Source: an uncultured Verrucomicrobiota bacterium
Lineage (GTDB): Bacteria > Verrucomicrobiota > Kiritimatiellia > RFP12 > UBA1067
Assembly: GCA_945834475.1 (NCBI GenBank)
Contig: CAMAHK010000003.1
Span: 900 to 64,899 of the forward strand
Direction of reading: 5' to 3'
DNA: 64,000 nucleotides
Part shown: positions 41,794 through 49,035 of the stretch, piece after piece
How the letters are laid out: every line of letters starts with the position of its first letter
Numbering within the stretch: position 1 is the first letter of the stretch
Program-made: the position numbers and the translations under genes
The notes under the pieces: model-generated
The model's input: only the letters and a program-made list of their open reading frames with translations
What the model was told of the DNA's origin: nothing
The model's database searches: none

Positions 41794-42576
41794 TCACGCC
41801 AACTCCTTCGAGCGCTTCGCGGCGGCAGCGAGCGTCGCGGCGACCATCTTCTTGAAGGCGGGCTTGTCGAGCTTCGTCATGCCCGCAGCGGTCGTGCCCC
41901 CCTTCGTGCAGACGCCGTCGATGAACGGACGAAGCGCCATCTGCGACTCGCGCAGGAACTTGGCCGTGCCGTACATCGTCTGCTCCGCGAGGAGCCGCGC
42001 GACCTTCGGGTCGAGTCCGAGCGCGACGCCCCCTTCCATCATCGCCTCTTCCATGTAGGCGAAGTAGGCGGGACCCGAACCCGAGAGCGCGGTCACCGCG
42101 TCGAAGTGCTTCTCGTCCAGGACGACCGTCTCGCCCGCGCCGCCGAGGATCTTCTCGACGAGCTTCACGTCGGCCTTCTTCGCGTTCGGCGCGGCGCAGA
42201 TCGCACACATGCCGGCGTTCGCGCGGAGCGCGAGGTTGGGCATCACGCGGATGAGCTTCACCTTCTCGCCGAAGGCGGCGCGCAACTTCGCGAGCGTCTT
42301 GCCGGCGACGATCGAGACGAGCGTCTGTGCGCTCGTGAGAAGCGGCGCGACTTCCGCCGCGACGGCGTCGACGTCCTGGGGACGCACCGCGAGGAAGATC
42401 GTCTTCGCCGTCAGCGCGACGGTCTTCACGTCCTCGGTCGTCACGACCTTGTACTTCTTCACGAGCTCGACGGCCCGCGCCTCGACCTTCTCGGCCATGA
42501 TGACCGAGGTCTTGTCCTCAATCGCCGAGAGAATCCCCTCGGCCATCTTGCCCGCACCAAAAAATCCGATTTTCAT
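41794..42576 (-). CDS. proC: Pyrroline-5-carboxylate reductase
   Basis: MKIGFFGAGKMAEGI Rossmann start, and RVMPN and GGTT motifs. Confidence 0.92.
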   Translation of the reverse strand: MKIGFFGAGKMAEGILSAIEDKTSVIMAEKVEARAVELVKKYKVVTTEDVKTVALTAKTIFLAVRPQDVDAVAAEVAPLLTSAQTLVSIVAGKTLAKLRAAFGEKVKLIRVMPNLALRANAGMCAICAAPNAKKADVKLVEKILGGAGETVVLDEKHFDAVTALSGSGPAYFAYMEEAMMEGGVALGLDPKVARLLAEQTMYGTAKFLRESQMALRPFIDGVCTKGGTTAAGMTKLDKPAFKKMVAATLAAAAKRSKELA

Positions 42577-42586
42577 TCACCACCTC

Positions 42587-42622
42587 GCAATTCGCCAATT
42601 CGTCAATTCGTCAATTCGCCAA
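42587..42622. repeat. Octamer tandem array (GCCAATTC/GTCAATTC)n, intergenic between the S1 gene stop and the proC start
   Basis: GCAATTCGCCAATTCGTCAATTCGTCAATTCGCCAA is the reverse complement of the unit at 32511. Confidence 0.85.
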
Positions 42623-43408
42623 TTACAACTTATCAAACGCTCCCGTCCCGAAGCCCGCGTTCTTCTTCGCGTTGTCCTTCATCCACGCGGCGACCTCCTC
42701 GGCGGACTTCGCGGCCGCCTCGTCCTCGGGCGTACGCCTGAACGTCCGCGCCATGCACTCCTTGCGCGAAAGCGTCACCTTGCCCTCCTCGCGGTCGATG
42801 TGCAGGATCTTCACCGTAATCGCATCGCCGCTCTTGAGAATCGTGTTGAGGTCGTCGACGCGCTCCCACGCGACTTCACGCGCGGGGACGAGTCCCTCGA
42901 CGCCGCCGAGGTCGACGAACGCGCCGAAGTTCATGACGCGCGTCACCGTGCCGTTCAGCGTCTCGCCTTCGGTGAGCTCGTTGAGGACGGCCTCCTTGAG
43001 CGCCTCGGCCTGGAGCTCCAGGAGCTGACGGCGAGAGACGACGACGTTGAGTCCGCGGTCGTCGACCGAGTAATCGGTGACGAGAAACTCGAACTTGCGT
43101 CCGACGTACTCCGCGGCGTCCTTCTTGAACTTGTCGATCTGGCTAAAGGGACAGAACGCGCGCTGGCCGGCGATCGTCACTTCGTAACCGCCCTTCGTCT
43201 CCTTGTCGACGACGCCCGCAATCGCCTCGCCCTGCTCGAACGCCGTCTTGATCGCCGCGTTGTCATTCGAGTCGACGACGAGCGTCTTCTTCTCGGGGCG
43301 CACGAGGGACTTGTCCTCGTTGAACGCCTTGCCGAACTTGTAACCCTTGCGGATGCCGCCGAACTGAGCGTCAAGCATCGCACCGAAATCGAAAGAATTA
43401 TTATCCAT
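42623..43408 (-). CDS. S1 RNA-binding domain protein (two S1 repeats)
   Basis: GEAIAGVVDKETKGGYEVTIAGQRAFCPFSQ and GETLNGTVTRVMNFGAFVDLGGVEGLVP S1 signatures. Confidence 0.8.
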   Translation of the reverse strand: MDNNSFDFGAMLDAQFGGIRKGYKFGKAFNEDKSLVRPEKKTLVVDSNDNAAIKTAFEQGEAIAGVVDKETKGGYEVTIAGQRAFCPFSQIDKFKKDAAEYVGRKFEFLVTDYSVDDRGLNVVVSRRQLLELQAEALKEAVLNELTEGETLNGTVTRVMNFGAFVDLGGVEGLVPAREVAWERVDDLNTILKSGDAITVKILHIDREEGKVTLSRKECMARTFRRTPEDEAAAKSAEEVAAWMKDNAKKNAGFGTGAFDKL

Positions 43409-43410
43409 TG

Positions 43411-43437
43411 TTCACCTTCACCTTAAACCTTGACCTA
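43411..43437. repeat. (CACCTT)n-like array between the trkA stop and the S1-protein start
   Basis: The coding strand reads AGGTCAAGGTTTAAGGTGAAGGTGAACA-ATG. Confidence 0.7.
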
Positions 43438-43443
43438 ACGGAC

Positions 43444-44100
43444 TCACGCCAGTGAGTCCAACTTCTTCGTCTCCCCGAAGAGAATGAGCCTGTCGCCTTC
43501 GTTGATCATGTCATCCGCCTGCGGAATGATGACCTTGCGCGGCTTCTTCGGATCGGCATCGGGACGCCGGATGCAGAGCACCGTCAAGTTCTTCTTCTTG
43601 CGAAGATCCGCCTCGGCGAGCGTCTTGCCGACGATGGACTCCGGCGCGGCGACTTCGGCGATCGAATAACCGTCGGAGACCTCGTAGAAGTCGAGCACGT
43701 TGTGGTTCGCGATCGACATCGCGAGACGATGTGCGCTGTCACGGTCGGGATAGATCACCTGGTCCGCGCCGATACGTTTGAGGATCTTGCCGTGCAGCTC
43801 GCTCGTCGCCTTCGCGACGACGTTCGGGATGCCCAGCTCCTTGCAGTTCGCCGTCGTCATGACCGAGGCCTCCATGTTGGACCCGATCGCGACCACGACG
43901 ACGTCACATTCGCCGAAGCCGGCCTCTTCCAGCACGTGCGGCTGCGTGGCGTCGGCCTGCAGCGCCGTCACGAACTCGCCCGCCTGCTGCATCGCGGGAC
44001 GGTTGCGGTCGATGAGCACCACCTCCGCGCCCGCATTCGCGAGCGACTCCGCGAGGGATATGCCGAAGCGTCCCGCGCCGACGATTCCGATTCGTTTCAT
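43444..44100 (-). CDS. trkA: TrkA/KtrA-type RCK potassium-uptake regulatory subunit
   Basis: MKRIGIVGAGRFGISLAESL NAD-binding start and a C-terminal RCK_C (GDRLILFG). Confidence 0.85.
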   Translation of the reverse strand: MKRIGIVGAGRFGISLAESLANAGAEVVLIDRNRPAMQQAGEFVTALQADATQPHVLEEAGFGECDVVVVAIGSNMEASVMTTANCKELGIPNVVAKATSELHGKILKRIGADQVIYPDRDSAHRLAMSIANHNVLDFYEVSDGYSIAEVAAPESIVGKTLAEADLRKKKNLTVLCIRRPDADPKKPRKVIIPQADDMINEGDRLILFGETKKLDSLA

Positions 44101-44900
44101 TCAAGCTCCATTTTCTTCGCTTCGCCGACCAAGCTCTGCGAGTACGGGTGGGTGGGATGAGCGAAAAAGGCCGCCGGATCATCCGACGTCTCGATGACGC
44201 GCCCGTTCTTCATGACCGCGAGCTTCGTCGCCATCTGCGAGACGACGCCGAGGTCGTGCGTGATGAGGAGCACACCGCTGTTCGCCTGGTGAAGGTCCTT
44301 CATGAGCTTCAGGACCTGCGCCTGCACCGTCACGTCGAGCGCCGTCGTCGGCTCATCGGCGATGACGAGATCGGGACCGAGCATCAGTCCCATCGCGATC
44401 ATCACGCGCTGCTGCATGCCGCCCGAAAGCTCGTGCGGATACGCCTTCGCCCACGTCACGGGATCCATCGTCGAATTGCCGCGCACCTTGCCGAGCCATT
44501 CGAGCGCCATGTCGCGCGCCGCTTGCTTCGAGACCTTTTCGTGCAGAAGCACCGTCTCGACAAGCTGGTCGCCGATGCGATGCAAGGGCGAGAGCGAGTC
44601 CATCGGGTCCTGGAAGATGACGCCGATCTTCTTGCCGCGCAGCTCGCGGAGTCGCGGCAGCGGCATCGACAGAATCTCCTCGTCGTCAAGGAAGATCTTC
44701 CCCTTCGGATAAAACGCCGGCGGACTCGGCAGAAGCCGCGCGACGGACAGCGACACGGTCGACTTGCCCGAACCCGACTCGCCGACGATGCCGAGGACCT
44801 CGCCGCGCTCCAGCGTCAGATTCACATTCCTCGCCGCCGCAGTGACTTCCCCTTCGTCGTTCCGATACGACACGTCCAGGTCTTCAATTCTCAGTAGCAT
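44097..44900 (-). CDS. Oligopeptide/dipeptide-type ABC transporter ATP-binding protein (OppD/DppD-like)
   Basis: I prefer the ATG at 44900 (MLLRIEDLDVSY). It has GESGSGKST, LSGGMQQRVMIA, IADEPTTALD and a C-terminal HPYS motif. ATGA overlap with trkA. Confidence 0.85.
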   Translation of the reverse strand: MLLRIEDLDVSYRNDEGEVTAAARNVNLTLERGEVLGIVGESGSGKSTVSLSVARLLPSPPAFYPKGKIFLDDEEILSMPLPRLRELRGKKIGVIFQDPMDSLSPLHRIGDQLVETVLLHEKVSKQAARDMALEWLGKVRGNSTMDPVTWAKAYPHELSGGMQQRVMIAMGLMLGPDLVIADEPTTALDVTVQAQVLKLMKDLHQANSGVLLITHDLGVVSQMATKLAVMKNGRVIETSDDPAAFFAHPTHPYSQSLVGEAKKMELE

Positions 44901-44914
44901 GCAAAATCCTTTGT

Positions 44915-44949
44915 CAACCTCAACCTTCGACCTCAACCTTGAACCCACC
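44915..44949. repeat. (CAACCT)n-like array between the argS stop and the ABC ATPase start
   Basis: The coding strand reads AGGTGGGTTCAAGGTTGAGGTCGAAGGTTGAGGTTG upstream of the ATG at 44900. It is nearly identical to the array at 7077-7104. Confidence 0.75.
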
Positions 44950-46755
44950 TCAGATATGCGCCGGCGTCTCAATGCCCAGAAGTCCGAGCCCCGTCTTCAG
45001 CACGTTGCCGAAAAGCGCACAGAGATGGAGTCGCGCGTTCTTCACGGACTCTTCGCTCTTTAGGATCGGCGAATTCTGGTAGAACGAGCTGTAGAGCTGC
45101 GCCGTCTGGAAGAGATAGTCCGCCAAGACGGACGGCTTGTACGCCTCCGCCGCACGAACGACCGCCCCCGGAAATTCCAGAAGCTGCAGCGCCAAACGCT
45201 TCTCCGACGGCGTCGTCACCGCGAATGCTCCCGTACCGCGGTGCGTCTCGCCCGCGGCGCTGGCCAGCCTGCTGTTACCCGCCGCGGCCGAGGGCGGCTC
45301 GCGGTACGTTCCCGCCTTCTCTAGGAGCGAGCAGACGCGCGCGTACGCGTACTGCAGGTACGGACCCGAGTTGCCCTCGAGCGCCAGCGCCTTGTCCCAG
45401 CTGAAGTCGATGTCGGTAATCGGATCGTGCGAGAGATCCGTGTACTTCACCGCGCCATACCCAATCGCCTCCGCCAACGCATCATTCCCCGTACCGTCGC
45501 TGTCCTCAGCGACAGGCGCGGTAACCGCAACCCCACCCGCCGGCTGCTGACGCGACTCGACGATCGCCAGCGACCGCTTCTTCGCCTCGGCGAGCAGCTC
45601 GTCGAGCTTGATGAGGTTGCCCTCGCGCGTCGAGATCGCCTTGCCCTGGAAGCTCATGAGCCCGAACGGCACGTGCACAAGCTTCGCCGTGACACCCATC
45701 TTGCCCGCGATATTGAACCACTGCTTGAAATGGAGCTGCTGACGCGCATCCGTCACGTAAATGATGCGCTCGGGATCGTATTCCTTCACGCGCATCTCGA
45801 CGCACGCAAGATCGCTCGTCGTGTAGTTGAAACCGCCGTCCGACTTGCGGACGATTGCGACGCCGAGTTTCTCCTCTTCGAGATTGACGACAAGCGCCCC
45901 TTCGGACTCGACGGCAAGGCCCATCTCCTGCAAACGCTTCACGACGCCCGGCATCGTGTCGTTATAGTACGACTCGCCGCGGTAGGTGTCGAACTTGACG
46001 CCCAACTTCGCGTACATGCGGTTGAACTCGGCGATTGAAATGTCGATAAACTTCCTCCAGAGCGCCAGGTTGTCGGGATCGCCCTGCTGGAGCTTCACGA
46101 GCTCCGCCTTGCAGGACTCCTTCCAGACGCCGTCCTCTTCCTTGGCCTTCGCCGCCGAAAGGACATAGCACTTCTCGAGATACGGCACCGAGAGGTTGTC
46201 GCGCTCCTCCTGCGTGAGAAGCTCGCGGTAGCCCTTGATGAGGATGCCGAACTGCGTGCCCCAGTCGCCGAGATGGTTGTCGGCGATGACCTCGTAGCCG
46301 AGCGAACGGAAGATGCGGTCGATCGCATTGCCGATCACCGTCGAGCGGATGTGGCCGATGTGCATCTGCTTGGCCGCATTCGGGGACGAGTAGTCGATGA
46401 CGATCTTCTTGCCCGCGCCGGACTGCGGAATGCCGCACTTCGACTGCGCGTTCAGCGTGGTCAGCTGGGCGTTGAGCCAGTCCGTCGAAACCGTCAGGTT
46501 AAGGAAGCCGGGCCCCGCGATCTCGACCTTCGCAAACGGGGAAGCGACGTCCACGTCGCTTGTAGGAAGACAAGCCACCACCTTCGCGGCGACCTCGCGC
46601 GGATTCGCGCGGAATTTCTTCGACAGCTTCAGCGCGTCGTTGCATTGGTAATCGCCAAACTTGGGGTCAGTCGCGGGGAGGACGCGGACAAACGAAAAGT
46701 CCTCGCCCGGGTACGCCTTCTCAAAGGCGGCCTTGATAATGTCTGTGAGTTCCAT
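44950..46755 (-). CDS. argS: Arginine--tRNA ligase
   Basis: 601 aa with SPNAAKQMHIGH (HIGH) and a C-terminal DALR anticodon-binding domain. It carries a 75-bp repeat insertion at 45233-45307. Confidence 0.97.
   Translation of the reverse strand: MELTDIIKAAFEKAYPGEDFSFVRVLPATDPKFGDYQCNDALKLSKKFRANPREVAAKVVACLPTSDVDVASPFAKVEIAGPGFLNLTVSTDWLNAQLTTLNAQSKCGIPQSGAGKKIVIDYSSPNAAKQMHIGHIRSTVIGNAIDRIFRSLGYEVIADNHLGDWGTQFGILIKGYRELLTQEERDNLSVPYLEKCYVLSAAKAKEEDGVWKESCKAELVKLQQGDPDNLALWRKFIDISIAEFNRMYAKLGVKFDTYRGESYYNDTMPGVVKRLQEMGLAVESEGALVVNLEEEKLGVAIVRKSDGGFNYTTSDLACVEMRVKEYDPERIIYVTDARQQLHFKQWFNIAGKMGVTAKLVHVPFGLMSFQGKAISTREGNLIKLDELLAEAKKRSLAIVESRQQPAGGVAVTAPVAEDSDGTGNDALAEAIGYGAVKYTDLSHDPITDIDFSWDKALALEGNSGPYLQYAYARVCSLLEKAGTYREPPSAAAGNSRLASAAGETHRGTGAFAVTTPSEKRLALQLLEFPGAVVRAAEAYKPSVLADYLFQTAQLYSSFYQNSPILKSEESVKNARLHLCALFGNVLKTGLGLLGIETPAHI
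45233..45307. repeat. Class-1 element, 75-bp doublet (in argS)
   Basis: GTACCGCGGTGCGTCTCGCCCGCGGC ... GCCGCGGCCGAGGGCGGCTCGCGGTAC, translated as YREPPSAAAGNSRLASAAGETHRGT. Confidence 0.9.
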
Positions 46756-46767
46756 AACTAGTTGAAT

Positions 46768-46776
46768 ATTCTATCA
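46768..46776 (-). promoter_or_regulatory. Extended -10 box TGATAGAAT, 12 nt upstream of the argS ATG, overlapping the dus stop codon
   Basis: The minus strand reads TGATAGAATATTCAACTAGTT-ATG. Confidence 0.45.
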
Positions 46777-47829
46777 TATTGCCGCGCGAAGTTCATCAAC
46801 CGAGCGGCAGATTTTGAGGAGATTCCAACGGCGCGACCAGTACGGGATTTCCTTCCAGTAGGAAAGGAGCTCCTTCATCCGCCCCAAAACGGGCCTGTCC
46901 CCCGAAAGTTCGCGCTGCGACGCGGCAATGTAACGCAAGAGCAATTCGCGCGAATCCGGCCGCGCGCCGAGCGCACGAACAAACGACCGACCGATCATCC
47001 TCCCCGTACCGCCGCCCGTCTCGGGCGAACAGCCGAGCGAAGCGACGCAGCCGAAGGCCGCGCTTCCAAGCACCACCTCCAGATCCCCGTTCAGCACGAC
47101 AGGCACACGCGCAGCGGCCACCACCTTCTCGCCGGCCGTCCAATCACACGCCCCTTCGTACATCTGCTTGGCCGTGCGGGCATGGATCGTGAGATGGCGG
47201 AGCGGAAATTCGTTGATGAGCGGCATCAGCTTCAGGAGTTCGTCCGTCCGATCGACCCCGAGCCGCGCCTTGATGGAGAAGTTCCCGGGACCCATCACCT
47301 CACAACCGACTTCCATCATCTGTCGAAGCACATTCGGCGTCCGCAAAATCCCCGAGCCGCGTCCCTTGTTCCGCACCATCGGAAACGGACACCCGCAGTT
47401 GAGGTCGGCAGTCGTATACCCGACGGACTTAATCCGCTTCAAACAATACCGAAGCGCCCCCGGATCCTTCCCAATAAACTGCGGCGTCACCAACACCGTA
47501 CCGCGATGCGTCTCGCCCGCAGCGCCCCCCAGCACCGTACCGCGGTGCGTCTCGCCCGCGGCGTCTCCCAGCCCCGTACCGCGGTGCGTCTCGCCCGCGG
47601 CACTCACCAGGCCCTCTCGCCCACCGCTCATTCGTCCATTCGCCAACTCGCCAATTAGCCAGTTCCCTATCTCCCGATCCTTCAGCGGATCGACTCCCGC
47701 ATTCGCGGTGATAAACGGTGTCACGGCTTCCGTGAAACCCGCCGCGGCGATCTCCGCCGCAAACGTTTCCCGAAAGCATCGAATGGTCACCCCGCGAAGC
47801 GGCGCCAGAATCAACGAACCCTCCGTCAT
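46774..47829 (-). CDS. tRNA-dihydrouridine synthase (Dus family)
   Basis: I prefer the ATG at 47829 (MTEGSLILAPLRGVT) with a GGAAGGAG SD. It has LNCGCP and IHART motifs. It is interrupted by three repeat blocks. Confidence 0.85.
   Translation of the reverse strand: MTEGSLILAPLRGVTIRCFRETFAAEIAAAGFTEAVTPFITANAGVDPLKDREIGNWLIGELANGRMSGGREGLVSAAGETHRGTGLGDAAGETHRGTVLGGAAGETHRGTVLVTPQFIGKDPGALRYCLKRIKSVGYTTADLNCGCPFPMVRNKGRGSGILRTPNVLRQMMEVGCEVMGPGNFSIKARLGVDRTDELLKLMPLINEFPLRHLTIHARTAKQMYEGACDWTAGEKVVAAARVPVVLNGDLEVVLGSAAFGCVASLGCSPETGGGTGRMIGRSFVRALGARPDSRELLLRYIAASQRELSGDRPVLGRMKELLSYWKEIPYWSRRWNLLKICRSVDELRAAI
47006..47070. repeat. Class-1 element, truncated copy with one arm and the internal module (in dus)
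   Basis: GTACCGCCGCCCGTCTCGGGCGAACAGCCGAGCGAAGCGACGCAGCCGAAGGCCGCGCTTCCAAG, translated as GSAAFGCVASLGCSPETGGGT. Confidence 0.75.
47498..47614. repeat. Three tandem 39-bp class-1 arms (in dus)
   Basis: Units start at 47498, 47537 and 47576, each GTACCGCG[A/G]TGCGTCTCGCCCGC[A/G]GC plus a 13-nt tail. They are translated as AAGETHRGTGLGD-AAGETHRGTVLGG-AAGETHRGTV. Confidence 0.9.
47627..47665. repeat. Degenerate octamer array (in dus, adjacent to the tandem class-1 arms)
   Basis: CTCATTCGTCCATTCGCCAACTCGCCAATTAGCCAGTTC, translated as GNWLIGELANGRMS. Confidence 0.7.
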
Positions 47830-47906
47830 TAAATCTCCTTCCCCACGCTTGATCCCCAGCATAATGAGAACCGCAAACGGCCCCGTACAGGTAATGGCGT
47901 GAGTGA

Positions 47907-47964
47907 TCAGTCTCATAAATCGAGATTAAAGGTCAGACCTTTTGTCTCATATTTATGAGACTGA
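47907..47964. other. AT-rich nested inverted repeat between the SWIM gene and dus
   Basis: The 14-nt perfect arms TCAGTCTCATAAAT / ATTTATGAGACTGA are separated by 30 nt. The spacer contains the palindrome AAAGGTC-A-GACCTTT (47928-47942). Confidence 0.6.
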
Positions 47965-48082
47965 CTCCACCCGACGTCGCACAATCTTCCACATTAACCG
48001 ACCATCGCGCGAGCAAGCGAATCCCAAAGCCATTAAGAATCTCTTTCTCTAGCAAGAGTATATCAAATCCAATCACCTACCT

Positions 48083-49024
48083 TCAGCGCAAGGCGAGGAG
48101 CGGCTTGATGAGAAACGCGGCTTTGTTCACGCACTTCCCTCGTTCAATCAGGCTGATTGTCGTTTGATTCGTGTCAAGTCGCCTTGCAAGCTCGAACTGC
48201 GAGAGTCCGAGTTGCTTACGAATCGCCTTGAACTGTGCGGCCAAATTGTCTTGGAGTTTGACTTCAGGGACAACGCTCTCGGACACCTCTTCGTCAAGAG
48301 AGATGCCGAAGACATCGCCGAGATCCGACGCTTCAATTTCGCTTGACGCGTCCGCCGTAAGCGAATCGACAACAGCCTCTGCCGAAACAATAGACTTCGG
48401 ATCAACCCCGCGCAACGTAAAGAAAAGCTCCGGCTCGTCATCGAGCCGCGCCCCGATGCCGTAAAGAACGGCAGCGACATGCTTGCAACAGCTCGCCCCG
48501 TCGGGGCAGCTACAGGAGAAGTCAATCTCTCTGGGATTGGGGAAGAGTCCCGTTTCTGTATTACAGAAGTCGGACAGCAATTCCTTCGGCAACTTGCCCG
48601 CCGCCAACGCCATCAGCGACGAGATCTTGCCCGTCATCCGCGCCACGAGGGCCTGCCATTTATCTGCGGGCATCGGCTTGATCTCAACCGTGACAGTGTA
48701 CGGATTCCGTCCGCTTCCGCAGACAAGCGCCTGCACATACCCTTTCTCGATCGAAAGATCAATGACGGAGCCACACCTCACGTACTTGCGTCCACGCTCG
48801 AGCCGATAGGCGTAGTCACGATACGACTCGATGTTGTCACACCACGCCTTACCCCAGAAGGTCTTCGCAATCGTCCGCCCAGCCAGCTTCACGCCGTGCA
48901 GCACACGTTTCTCCTTCTTGGCAATCCGCGCCGCCGTTTGCTCGGCCTTCGCCCCCAGCTCTGCCACCGAGACATACGGCGCAAATCCGCCCCAGCCTCG
49001 ACCTCGACTTGAATACCAGCCCAT
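48083..49024 (-). CDS. SWIM zinc-finger protein with a C-terminal XRE-type HTH domain
   Basis: I prefer the ATG at 49024 (MGWYSSRGRGW) with an AAGGAG SD. The track start at 49039 is a TTG. The SWIM motif is FSCSCPDGASCCKHVAAVLY. The C-terminal part is IRKQLGLSQFELARRLDTNQTTISLIERG. Confidence 0.8.
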   Translation of the reverse strand: MGWYSSRGRGWGGFAPYVSVAELGAKAEQTAARIAKKEKRVLHGVKLAGRTIAKTFWGKAWCDNIESYRDYAYRLERGRKYVRCGSVIDLSIEKGYVQALVCGSGRNPYTVTVEIKPMPADKWQALVARMTGKISSLMALAAGKLPKELLSDFCNTETGLFPNPREIDFSCSCPDGASCCKHVAAVLYGIGARLDDEPELFFTLRGVDPKSIVSAEAVVDSLTADASSEIEASDLGDVFGISLDEEVSESVVPEVKLQDNLAAQFKAIRKQLGLSQFELARRLDTNQTTISLIERGKCVNKAAFLIKPLLALR

Positions 49025-49035
49025 TTTAGCTCCTT

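Noticed and set aside
47498-47665. Possible CRISPR array, suggested by the regularly spaced 39-bp repeats and the octamer arrays.
   Set aside because: The units are directly abutting with no unique spacers. They lie inside an intact dus ORF, match the dispersed class-1 arm found in many genes, and no cas genes are present.
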